From the human T2T-CHM13v2.0 reference genome, Homo sapiens: a stretch of DNA of 64,000 nucleotides. The notes below the pieces were generated by a model. It saw only the letters and a list, made by a program, of their open reading frames with translations, had not been told where the DNA came from and did no database searches. The stretch is from assembly GCF_009914755.1 (NCBI RefSeq), contig NC_060937.1; one strand, written 5' to 3'. The first letter of the stretch is position 1, and the number at the start of each line of letters is the position of its first letter. Shown here piece by piece: positions 1 to 12,464 of the stretch. The translations under genes and the position numbers were made by a program.

Positions 1-1896
1 GGAGGTGGGAGGCAGGCATGGCTGAACAGGCAAAGTGCTGAACAGGGATGCAGCTGCACCAAGAGCTCAGCAGCCAGTTGTGGCCCTCCCCAGGGAAAAG
101 GTGGACAAGGTGACTTGAACACTCGCAGCAGCTGGGGAAATTAGTGCCATCAGTATTGAAAGAAGGGACTGAAACCCACACTACAGCATTCAGTACATAA
201 TCCCCTCCTCCAGAAGTATTACCCCATCTACACATAGCCAGAATCACATTTAGGTGACTACTTACTGACTTTCACTAAGTATATTTCTATGAGAGTCAAA
301 TTCTTTAAAAATGTTACAGACTAGATAGTATTCCATTTTATGGATACACCATAATTCATTTAGTGCTAACATCATTTCAAAGGTCAGTGATTCCAATTTT
401 TCCTCCTGAAAATAACACTACTGTAATAACCTCGGAAGAAAATATTTATGTACATCTTCAATGACTTTCTCAAAAAAGACATGAGAGTCAAGAAAAATAA
501 CCATTGAGAGTCAATACTTCAAATACTCAAAATCTACTAAAATTTGCTTTCTAATAAGGTTCATAATATCCTAGCAAATGTTACCATGTGACTTTTCCAG
601 AAACCTTGAAAAAGGGTATCTTAGTATCATAAACATACTCCACTGATTAGTGTTTAAATTAAAGAGTATCATAGCATAATTCTCTGTGCATTATCATATC
701 CTTTGTCTATTTATCAAATGTGTTAGTGTATCTCCGACTAACCCATAAAAGTACATCACTTATTTTAGGCATAGAAAAGCCATTTATGGAATTGAATAAT
801 TATAAAATAATTACATATATTTTATTTTGGTTTTAAAATTTGTCTCAGTATAACTATTTTTGCTTATCTAGAATTTAACTCATCACATGATGAAGACTAT
901 ATGTTGAAGCTTGTTTTTACCAAAATTTTTACTTTTTACCAAATAGCCTATTTTCTCAGTATCATTTGTTGAAAACTGTAAGCTTTCCAGTATTTGTTTT
1001 TGATTTGTACAATAAATGCCCTCTGATTTCTTAAATGGAGATTATTTCTGCATAATATTGCTTTAAAATGTTATCTTCAGTAACCAATTTAGCAGCTAGT
1101 GAGGTGATCAGAAATCTTTTGAGCTATAATAAAGCCATGGTAGAGAACTTCTGACTTGGAGGTGGGCCGACAACTGCCCCAGCGTGAAGAATGATGGGCC
1201 TCGGTAATTTCCTTCCATTGCACTTACATGACATGTGCTGTGGCTACTATCCTGTAAGGAACTATTATTTACTTACTTTGTGGTAAATGAGGGTACATTC
1301 TTGCTTCACTATTCACACTCTAAAACAATCCTGTCAACAAAGGCAATGTTTATGAAAGAGTAAGCAAGATTCATGTACTATCCATACATTAGATGAAGTC
1401 TACCAACCAAGGAAGGGATAAAGTCAGCCTGGATCTGCTTAGCACTCTGAAAAGCCAGTGAAGAACTCAGCAGTTTCTACAACTTTAATTATACTGTGTC
1501 ATATACAACTAGGAATAGGAGGAGAAATGGTCTTACTAATGCTGGGGAGGAAGAAATAAAGGCTGAGAATAGTGAAATGACTATGCCAAAGATGAAGGAA
1601 CTGTAAAGAAATTCTAAGGAAGTGAATGGGTCTTACATGGCCTTATGGTACTCTTTGCAGAGATCAATATTTTAAAAAATTATTTTATTATGAACAGAAC
1701 GGCATTTCATCTCTAAATTTTTATTTAACATTAAAGTCACAAATTTTGCCTGGTTTTATGATCACAAGGCAGAAACAAGTCATTCATAAAATAACAATAT
1801 ATAACCACCAACCATTCTAAAATATCTTTAAGGAGATAATTTTATAAAGTTCTTAAAACATTTTTTTAAATGCCCTAATAAGAAAACAAAAAAGAT

Positions 1897-2062
1897 GGCT
1901 AAGCACAGTTGCTCAAGCCTATAATCTGAGCACTTTGGGAGGCTGAGGCAGGAAGGTCACTTGAAACCAAGAGGTCAAGGGTGCACTGAGCTATGATCAT
2001 GCCACTGCCCTCCATCCTAAAAGAGTCAGATCCTGTCTCAAAAAAATGAAAAAAAAAAAAAA
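1897..2062 (+). mobile_element. Alu monomer or internally deleted old Alu
   Basis: Alu 5' sequence joined directly to right-arm 3' sequence, then an A tail. Confidence 0.8.
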
Positions 2063-2197
2063 GCATTCACAAACTATGTCACACAGAGCTCTGTGAGGTT
2101 AAGCACTACCTAATACTTTTCAACCACTTAAGGGGAGGAAAATGCATAGCTCTTCCTGCTTAAAATATTTAAATTTCATATGTCAGAAAATACCTAA

Positions 2198-2645
2198 GGC
2201 CATGCATGGTGGCTCATACCTGTAATCCCAACACTTCGGGAAGCCAAGGCGGGACAATTGCTTGAGCCCAGGAGTAGAAGACAAACCTGGGCAACATAAA
2301 GAAACCCTGTCTCTACAAAAAAGCTTAAAAATTAGCTAGGCCAGGAACAGTGGCTCATGCCTGTAATCTCAGGAGTTTGAAAGGCAGAGACAGAATTGAT
2401 TGAGCTCAAGAATTAGAGACCAGCCTGGGCAATATATTAAGACCTCATCTCCACTAAAAAGCAAAACAAAGTAGCCAGATGTGGTAGCACATGCCTACAG
2501 TCCTAGCTACTCTGAGGCTGAGGTAGGAAGACCACTTGAACCCAGGATGTCCAGGCTGCAGTGAGCCATGATTAAACCACTGCATTCCAATCTGGACAAC
2601 TGAGTAAGACCCTTTCTGAAAAAAAAAAAAGGTTAAAAAAAAAAA
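2198..2645 (+). mobile_element. Old Alu with an extra left monomer (nested or trimeric)
   Basis: Left arm, left arm, right arm, A tail; flanked by the direct repeat agaaaatacctaag. Confidence 0.85.
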
Positions 2646-2665
2646 GAAAATACCTAAGCTTGATA

Positions 2666-2954
2666 CTTTTTTTGAGACGGAGTCTTGCTCTGTCACCCAG
2701 GTTGGAGTGCAGTGGCGCAATCTTGGCTCACTGCAAGCTCCAACTTCTGAGTTCATGCCATTCTCCTGCCTCAGCCTACTGAGTAGCTGGGACTACAGGC
2801 ACCCACCAACACACCAGGCTAATTTTTTTTATTGTTAGTAAAGACGGGGTTTCACCATGTTAGCCAGGATGGTCTCAATCTCCTGACCTCGTGATCTGCC
2901 TGCCTTGGCCTCGCAAAGTGCTGGGATTACAGGCGTGAGCCACCACGCCTGGCC
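2666..2954 (-). mobile_element. Alu (AluY-like)
   Basis: Reverse-complement Alu with Y-type segments (ccattctcctgcc, ttagccaggatggtctc); flanked by tgatacttttt. Confidence 0.9.
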
Positions 2955-3124
2955 GCCTGATACTTTTTATAATAAATACTATTTCCAGCTACTTACCCAT
3001 AAAAATATAAATTCTGTAACTACCATGATAGTAATATAAAAATACAAAACTACATAATCAGTACTCAATATTTCACTGTAATTATGCATATGATAGGCTT
3101 TTTTTTTTTTTTAAGTAGAGAGCT

Positions 3125-3532
3125 GGTCAGGTGTGGTGGCTCTCAGCTGCAATCCCAGCAATTTGGGAGGCCAAGGCAGAGAGATCACTTGAGCTCAGGA
3201 GTTTAAGACAAGCCTCGCCAACATTGTGAAACCCTAATCTTTAGCAAAAATACAAAAATTAGCTGAGTGTGGTGGCACACATCTGCAGTCCCAGCTACTA
3301 GAAAGGCCGCAACCTCCGCCTTCCAGGTTCAAGTGATTCTCCTGCCTCAGCCTTCCGAGTAGCTGGGATCACAGGCATGGGCCACCATGCCCAGCTAATT
3401 TTCTATTTTTAGTAGAGACAGGGTTTCTACATGTTGGTCAGGCTGGTCTCAAACTCCTGACCTCAGCTGATCGGCCCGCCTTGGCCTCTCCCAAAATGCT
3501 GGGATTACAGGTGTGAGCCACCGTGACCGGCC
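3125..3532. mobile_element. Two oppositely oriented, 3'-truncated Alus fused at ~3308
   Basis: Plus-strand Alu 3125-3308 stops early in the right arm and joins directly to minus-strand Alu 3309-3532. Neither has a poly-A at the junction. Confidence 0.88.
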
Positions 3533-4269
3533 ATCTCCTATATTCTTGGAATTAATTCACAGAGTTCTCTATAAAGTAAAACTGTGACTAAACATTGAAA
3601 AATATCGACTATTGCTGAAAAATGTACTTCTGATATTCATCAAATAGGTTTAAGAACTTTCTAGCATCACTTTCTATGTGAACACATGAGCTTACGTGTG
3701 TGTTCACGTGTATGTTTCTGTAGATTTAGAAGTGCATAAACCAAAACCGTATCTTAATCCCTTACATGGATTTTTAAGATTTTTAACGATTCAGAAGTTT
3801 GGATGTTTGCATATACAGGAGGTAGATTCGGTGCGATCATGCAGATCAAAAGGATTTTATCCTTTTCCTGTGTTTAGCAGAGTACCTTTAGTATTTCAGT
3901 TTTGAGCGCACAAATTGGTTTATTTAGAGAACGTTCAATTGTGTTTTTGCAAGTCACTCTTCCAGGTTGCAGGCAGCCCTTCATCAATAGAAAGATTCTA
4001 TTCCTTTCAATAAGGGATTCTTATTTCCTCTGTAACTTTCTCCAATCCCCTTCTCCCCCACAATGACTTACTCAAAATTTGGCAATGAAAACCAGTACCA
4101 ATGGGAGTTTACTTAAAGATGTCATTTTTCATAGAAGCTATTTTTACTTCTGTTGAAATATAATAAGATCAGTCAGTTCTATTCATTCGTGAATTTTCAC
4201 CAAATGTTTTCGTTATATGTAGTTGACAATACTGAATAAAAATTGATATTATTTTTTAGGTAGAAACAT
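3533..4269. repeat. Left arm of ~750 bp diverged inverted duplication (partner 6645-7414)
   Basis: For example ...ctcaaaatttggcaatgaaaaccagtaccaatgggag... here is the reverse complement of ...ctcccattggtactggttttcattgccaaattttgag... at ~6815-6851. Similarity is continuous along both arms. Confidence 0.92.
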
Positions 4270-5019
4270 TTGTTGATGTTTGAATTCATTTTTTTCATGT
4301 TGTACTTTTTTGTATTCTAGGGTTGATGATTAAGATTAATGATATTTTAACATGTATATGTGATAATAAAATTAAAGAACTTTAGTTTAACCCAAATGCA
4401 ATAGCAGACGGAGGAGAAAGGGCTTTTAATTATTTATACATAAAAATCAATTTTGAAAATAGTTATAATTTTGAACTATTTTATCTTTGTAAAACATAAT
4501 TTTATCTATTTTATGATATTATGTAAAGAGAGTACTTCATAAAACATTGTAATATATTTAGCATGAGAACATACTTATTAGCATGGGAACAGGTGTGAAT
4601 TTCATTATAGATTTTAATTCATTGCAAATGATCTCTTCAATGTCCAGTGACCCAGTTAGTTATTTATTTTAAATGAGCATTTCCCCTAGGTATCATTCAG
4701 AATTAGCAAAACCCATGAAATGTAAAATACTATTTATATTTCATAAAGACTCTTTGATTACCACCTCCCCATCAGTTAACACTAACTGGGTCTTGCAGTT
4801 CTTGAAAAACTGAAGAAGACGGGGGCAACTTCTGTGGTTTAGAGTGAGGCATCTTTGCTAGATTCTCTTTAGGGATTATTTGACATCAGTAGTATCATGC
4901 CTTTTGTTTTTTACAATGAAAACTAAACATTTTATAAAGAGTTATTCATAGATACAATGTTAGTTTTTAAACTATTATACGTACACAAACACATTTGTAT
5001 AGAATAAGGTTTGCATGTA

Positions 5020-5484
<465 letters not shown>

Positions 5485-5593
5485 CTAAAACATCAACACT
5501 GAACTTTCTTGTAATGATATCTCAGTTCATGGTTGGAAAAATTATCATGAAACAAGTTTGGATCATTCCATGTGTTAAAGATATCACTTTCTG

Positions 5594-6640
5594 CTCATGC
5601 CTGTAGTCCCAGCACTCTGGGAGGCTGAGGTGGGAGGATCACCTGAGGTCGGGAGTTCTTTGTATATGAAGAGTCACTTGTCTTCTGGCTTTGAATATTC
5701 TGTCTTTCAAAAGTTTTGTTAGAATATGTCTTGATGTGAGAATATTTTAGTTTATCATACTTGGAGCTACTGAGCTCCTTGGATCTTTATATTCATAATT
5801 TTCAATAAATTTGAAAATCTGGGGTCATTATTTCTTTAAATAGTCTTTCTGTCCTCTTCTATCATCTCATCTGGGACTCTCACAATGCATGTATTGCTCT
5901 GCTTTATGGTTTCCCACAAATCGATCAAATTTTGTTCACTTATCCTCCATCTTTCTTCTTTCTATTCCTCAGACTCAATAATTTTCATTGTCCTCTCTTC
6001 TAGTTTGCTGATTCTTTATTCTGTCTACCCAAGTCTGCTTTTAAAATCTTCTAATATTTTTATTCCAGTTACTGTACTTTTTAGCTTCAAAATACTTTTT
6101 TTTGTATTTTTAGGATTCTATCATTTTATCTTATTTTGTTTATACATTGCTTTCTTGATTTTCTCCATGTCTTTACTTCTCTAAGCATCTTTAAAACGAT
6201 TGTTTTAAAATCTTTGTCTAATGAATCTCCTATCAAAACGTTTTCAAGACCAGTTTATTTGTACTTTTGAATAGGCCATTTGTTTCTTTGCATCCCTTGA
6301 GATCTTTCTTGAACACTGAACACTTGAAAGTAACAATAGGAAACTCTGGAAATTGATTCCCCTGCTTCCTCAGGGCTTACTGATTCTGTTTTCATTTTTA
6401 TTATTTTTTATTCTTTTATCTTTTAGTGGATTAGTCAGAGGTGTAAACTTAATGTTTTCTGAAGTCACTTCTGAACCTGTGACTTCTCCTGGGCATGCAT
6501 GGTAACTTTCGAAATGCCAGTCTTTATTACCTGGCTTCTGAAAGTTAAAAAAAGAGAAAAATAAGAGGGGTGGGGCACTGGCCCTTTTAATTCCATAAAA
6601 CTCACTTCAGCCAGTGGTGAGGAGCTTTCAACAATGGGGG
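5594..6640 (-). mobile_element. Short plus-strand Alu 5' fragment (5594-5658) joined to an old antisense L1M fragment
   Basis: The Alu ends abruptly at gggagttc. The following T-rich sequence resembles antisense L1M ORF1/5' region. Confidence 0.6.
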
Positions 6641-6644
6641 CTAG

Positions 6645-7414
6645 TGTTTCTACCAAAAAATAAAATAGTATCAATTTTAATCCAGCATTGTCAACTACAT
6701 AGGTTTGAGTGAAAATATTTAGTGAAAATTCACAAATGAATAGAACTGACTGATCTTTTTATATTTCAACGGAAGTAAAAATAGCTTCTATGAAAAATAG
6801 TATCTTTAAGTAATCTCCCATTGGTACTGGTTTTCATTGCCAAATTTTGAGTAAGTCCTTCCTGGGGAGGAGGGCATTGGGGAAAGTTACAGAGAAAATA
6901 AGAAGTCCCTTGTTGTAAGGAACAGAATCTTTCTATTCATAACGGGCTGCCTGCAACCTGGAAGAGTGACTTGCAACAACACAATTGAACATTCTCTAAA
7001 TAAACAAACCAACTTTTGCACTCAAAACTGAAGTACTAATGATACTCTGCTAAACACCTGAAAAATAAAATCCTTTTGATTTGCATGATCATGCCAAATC
7101 TACCTCTTGCATATGCAAACACCCAAACTTCTGAATCATTTTTAAAAATCTAAAAAAATCATGTAGATGATTAAGATGCAGTTTTGGTCTATGCAATTCT
7201 AAATCTCCAGAAACATACACACACATACACAAGAACACAAACAGAAGCTCGTACGTTCACAGAGAAACTGATGCTAGAAATTAGTTTTTAAACCTATTTG
7301 ATTAATATCGGAAGTACATTTTGCAGCAATAGTCATCAAAATTATTCCTCAATGTTTAGTCATGGTTTTACTTTATAGAGAGCTCTATGAATTAATTTCA
7401 AAAATAAAAAAGAT
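6645..7414. repeat. Right arm of inverted duplication (partner 3533-4269)
   Basis: Reverse-complement match from tgtttctacc (~6646) through gaattaatttcaaaaataaaaaagat (~7414). Confidence 0.92.
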
Positions 7415-8641
7415 AAATTATGCTAGGTAGCACTTTATAAAAATTAAAACGTGTCCATTAAAATGTTTTTTAAACTTTTCTAAATTACAAATTGCAAAAA
7501 TTATCCCCCAAAGAACTTTGAAAATATACTCAGAAATTAAAATACTTATATTTACTGTTAGATTTTGACAATTATTTGTCCTTGATAAAACCTTTTATTA
7601 CATCCAAATGATTTTAACCACCAAAGACATATTAGATTTTTTTTTAAGTCACAGACAGCTTTAATCTTGCAAGTGCATTATTCCAAAACGTGAGTTAAAT
7701 GTGAAAAGGCCAAATCTGCTGTCATGAAAGCCATTCTTTGTATGTCCTTTATAGTTGAAGCAGCCAAAAGTCTATACTGAATGCCAGAATAATGAAGTAT
7801 ACAGATACATATTTTTTCTCTGTCTAATCTAGCATCAAACTGGGATTTATTCAATGAGTTATTTTGTTGTTGTTTTACAAAATTGAGTATTTCAAACCAT
7901 ACAAGTGGATTCTGATACAGCTCTAAATATTATAACACAAACTGAAAAGTTTAATATTTAATATAGTATTAAAAAGCAAAAGAATTATATTGCAATGAGT
8001 CTAATGAAGATGTATATTTTTTTGCTTTTTTATTGCATGTATCTTTCAATGTCTAAATATTATCACCTTCTGTAAGTGCTATGTTTCTCAATTCATGATT
8101 AAAGAATTGTCGGATTTCTGCCAGGATACAATTAAAGAAACTAATAAGTAACTGCAAACATAATTTTTTATATCACAGTAACAAACATTATTAAATGTAA
8201 AAAGGGTTTTAACAAATGTCCCTTCTCTTGTCATTTAAACAACTGAGCCATGCATGATTCTTTTTAATTCCAGGGATTGTTACTAAAAGAAAATAAAACG
8301 CACATGATTCAAAATATTACTGATTAAATTTTCATTTTCATTTTACAATAAAGCTAATATTTTAACTTGTTTTATGTCTTTACTGGTTGGATTTTATTTA
8401 CAAGACAAATTTGTGCTATAAATTGTTGGAGATGAAACCAAATTTCTATCCAAATCTCTCATAATCTTATAAGGAGGATCTTACAGCTAGGGAATAAAAT
8501 AATCAGAAATAATTTAAAATTAACGAATTACATGGAAAGTTCCTGAGGTGATACATGCACAACAAGCATTTTATTAGTTTAAATGGTACAATATTGAATA
8601 TACATTATTAAACATATTATGTTGAATTATATCATGGTTAA

Positions 8642-8936
8642 TTTTTTTAAATTCAGAGAGTCTGTCTGTCACCCACGCTGGAGTGCAGTGGTGTCATCAC
8701 AGCTCACTGTCACCTCAAACTCCTGAACTCAAGATATCCTCCCACTTCAGCCTCCTGAGTAGATGGGGCTACAGTTGTGTACCACCATGCCCAGCTGTGT
8801 GTGTGTTTTTTATTTTTGGTAGAGACAGCATCTCATCATGTTGCCCTGGCTATTCTTTGCTCCTGGCCACAAGTAGGTCTTCTACTTTAGCCTTTCAAAG
8901 TGTTGGAATTACAGGTGTGAGCCTCTGTGCTGGCCT
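8642..8936 (-). mobile_element. AluJ-like element inserted in an MLT2 LTR
   Basis: Diverged reverse-complement Alu. Confidence 0.85.
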
Positions 8937-9290
8937 GAGGATTAATTTCATGTGTCAACTTGACTGGGTTAAGGAGTGCCCAGATAGCTGGGGAAAACAC
9001 TCTTTCTGAGAGTGTCTGTGAAGATGTTTCCATATTAGCATTTGAACCTGTAGTAAGCAATCAGGAGCAAAAGAGGTCCACTCTCACCATTGTTGGTGGG
9101 CATCATTCAATTCATTAGGGGCTGCTCCAATAGAAAAAGCAGAGGATGGGTTCTCCAGCTCACAGACAGCAGAACATTGGACTTGTGGGCCTCCACAATA
9201 ATAAATGTGAGCTGATTCCCATCATGCGTCTCTCCTTATATATTTCTGTGTGTCCTATTGATTCTATTTCTCTGGAGAGCCCTGAATAAT
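8937..9290 (+). mobile_element. MLT2-family (ERVL) LTR fragment, followed by (TA/TG)n
   Basis: Typical MLT2 start (ttaatttcatgtgtcaacttgactgggttaagg) and end (tcctattgattctatttctctggagagccctgaataat). Confidence 0.8.
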
Positions 9291-10969
9291 ATATATATGT
9301 GTGTGTATATATATGTGTATATGTGTATATATACACACACACTTATGTATATGTGTGCATATATACATATATGTATATAGTTTATTAAAATAATAAAATT
9401 TAAAATAACAACTTATTAAGTAAGCTAATAATTTTTAAAAGCCCACAATGATGCAGAATTTCTCTCTCTAACTCTGGAGAGAACATCCACTGATCTATGG
9501 CCGATGGTCGGAGTTTAATAAGATAGTATGTCTCATTTATTGAGCATTTTCTATATTTCAAACATTGCCCAAGTCCCATTATGTATGCTAACACACTGAT
9601 TCTTACAACTTGGTGAAATAGTTATTAATATTCATACTAGCAGATGAGAGGATGAAGTTGCACAAGTTCAGTTAGCTGCTGGAGTCTTGTACAGTTAAAT
9701 GATGAAATAAGAACTAAAATCCAGTACTATGACTTCTACATACATACTTTTTGCTTTGTGCTTGATTGTCTTGGAAAATCAGTTCCCAAACTCCTCGATG
9801 CACTTTTAGAAAGAGATAGACATTCACATGCTCTAAACCGAGCTACTACATTCCCCATATTGTGCTTTCCAAAAGGTACACAAGCAGGCGGTAACCATTC
9901 TTACCATCCACACTGTATACCCATTTTGTTCCTGTTGGGAAATGTCTGAGGAACTCTTACTGGTTGCAAATATTTTTCATCTAATTTATGACTTAGGTAA
10001 ATACTTATTCTACTTCCCTTAATATTTCCTTCCTTTCAAATCACCCTTTTTTAGATTTTCATTTTGGTGAATAATTTACAATAATAAATTATGAACATTG
10101 ATATTTAGTTCTACAAAATATCTGTTTACAGAATTATTCATATGAATTTTCACTGGCCTCTTACTGTTATATTAATAAGGAGAAGGCTGCTGGCAAGAAG
10201 CAAAGCAAAACAAAACACACACAAAAAAATCCTTTAAATCTCTGAGATACTGAAGTACTTTGGTTTTAAGCATTTGATTGTATGAGCTCATTAATGAATA
10301 TTAATATTCTTCACTGAAATTTGCTACCTATACTTTCATGCTTCTTATCACAGTGGGTTTACCTACCAGTGATGTTTATTACCCTATTATTATTCTAAAT
10401 TGAGTGTAGATAGTAGAAATGCCACAATTATCTTATTTTCTTGGATACTTCCTCAAAGTAGTTTTACACTATTTTATTTTCCTTCAGTATTTTATTATCT
10501 AATATATCTGTCTAAAGCAGTATGTACAAAAGGCTAATAAATGGCTCTGTTTAGCTAAGTCTACTCTAGTCTAATTACCATGAAAATGTTAGGTCTAAAT
10601 TTCTAAACATTATAAACAACAATTTTTTAAACAGCTCTGATTTTCCCAAGAATACAATACTCCAGACTATCTTAAGTTTACACATGTGAAAGAGAAGGAA
10701 ATATATATGAAAATATCATACCTCTTCTTTAGCTATAAGAATTTTTCAACTGGGGTTTTAAATCATCACCAACTTAGTATCACCCCTTGGCTCTGCAGTC
10801 TTTAGCTCTCAATATATGGTTAACACTTTCATTTTCTGGAGATTTCTGACTTTAAGGTACTCATTAAAGGATGTTTAAGAAATGAAGCAGGGGATGAAAT
10901 GACGACTTTTATTTTAAAAGTTTAAGTGCAGAAAAATTATGAAGATGGAGCCTGATGAACAGGAAAGGC

Positions 10970-11560
10970 AGACAGCACCAAATGCTGGTGATGCTGGTAG
11001 GAATGCAAACGCTACACCGCTTAGGAAGACAATTCGTCAGCTTTTTACAAAACGAAGCAAACTCTTCTCATATAATCTAGCAATCATGCTCCTTGGTATT
11101 TACACAAAGAAGGTGACAGCATGTCCACTCAAAAACCTGCACAAGAATGTTTATAGTAGCTTAATAATTGCCAAACTTGGGAGTAACCAAGGTATCCTTA
11201 ATTAGGTAAATGGATAAACTAATATATCCAAATAATGAAATATTATTCAACATTAAAAAGTAATGACCTGTCAAGCCATACAAAGAAATAAAGGAATCTC
11301 AATTACATGTTTCTATCTGAGTGAAGCCAATCAGAAAATGCTACATACTGTATGACTCCAGCTACATGACATTCTGGGAAAGGCAAAAGTATGGAGACAG
11401 TTAAAAAAAATCAGTGGTTGCCAGGAGTAACGGGGGACAGAGGGATGAGCAGGTGGAGCACGGAGGAATTCTAGGGCAGTGAAACTCTTCTGTACAATAC
11501 TCTAATTATGGATATTATGTTCAGATTTTTTAATAAATAAAACTAAAATTTAAAATAGAG
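10970..11560 (+). mobile_element. Old L1M 3' end fragment
   Basis: Contains ctagcaatcatgctccttggtatttac, aatggataaact and tacatactgtatgactcca motifs typical of L1M 3' regions. Confidence 0.8.
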
Positions 11561-11919
11561 TAAGAGGGAATCAGGTTGATTTGTTTCAACTGAAATTCAT
11601 GATCACAAAGCTCATGTCTTTATATTTCCTAGAAAAAAATAATATTCCCTGCTCCATTCACTCTCATCCTTTCCCAGAGTAACAGTTCATGTTTATTTTC
11701 TCTCCTTCCCATTTTCACTCTTTGCTGATGACTTTGTTTTCTATTTCACTTGTAAAAAAAAGTGGTAATTTGAGAAGAACTTCAAAGTCTCCAGTCACTA
11801 CATCTGCTCACCTTCATAAATCCATACCTACATTCTGTTATCTCTCTTTTCCATATGGGTGAACTGTCTTTGCTTCTAAATAACGTCCACCCCTCTTACT
11901 ATGACTAAGGCCTGCCTCT

Positions 11920-12464
11920 TGTTTTATTAGTCAGGATTCTCTAGAGGGACAGGACTAATAGGTAATGTATATATAAAAAGAGTTATTGAAGAGTATTAAC
12001 TCACACAATCACAAGGTGAAGTCCCACGACAGGCCGTCTGCAAACTGAGGAGAAAGGAAGCCAGTCCAAGTCTCAAAACCTCAAAAGTAGGGAAGCCAAC
12101 AGTGCAGCCTTCAGTCTGTGGCCCAAGGTCCGAGAGCCCCTCGCAAACCACTGGTGTAGGTCCAAGAGTCCAAGAGCTGAAGAACTTGGAGTTTGATTCT
12201 TGAGGGCAGGAAATATCCAGCATGGGAGAAGGATGAAGGCCAAAAGACTTAGCCAGTCTAGCCCTTCCATGTTCCTCTGCCTGCTTTTATCCTAGCTGTG
12301 CTGGCAGCTGATTAGAGGGTGCCCGCCCAGACTGAGGGTGGGTCTGCATCTCCCAGTTCACTGACTCAACTGTTAACCTCCTTTGGTGACACGCTCACAG
12401 ACACATCCTGGAACAATACTTTGCATCCTTCAATCTAATCAAGGTGACAATATTAACCATCACA
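11920..12464 (-). mobile_element. MLT2A-type (ERVL) solo LTR, near full length
   Basis: Plus strand begins ttattagtcaggattctctagagggacagg and ends ttaaccatcaca, the reverse complement of an LTR starting TGTGATGGTTAA. Confidence 0.88.

Noticed and set aside
1228-1251. 24-bp micro-exon (cttacag|...|gtaagt, minus strand)
   Set aside because: Another GTAAGT lies only ~25 nt upstream, too close for an intron; the pattern is ambiguous and plausibly chance.
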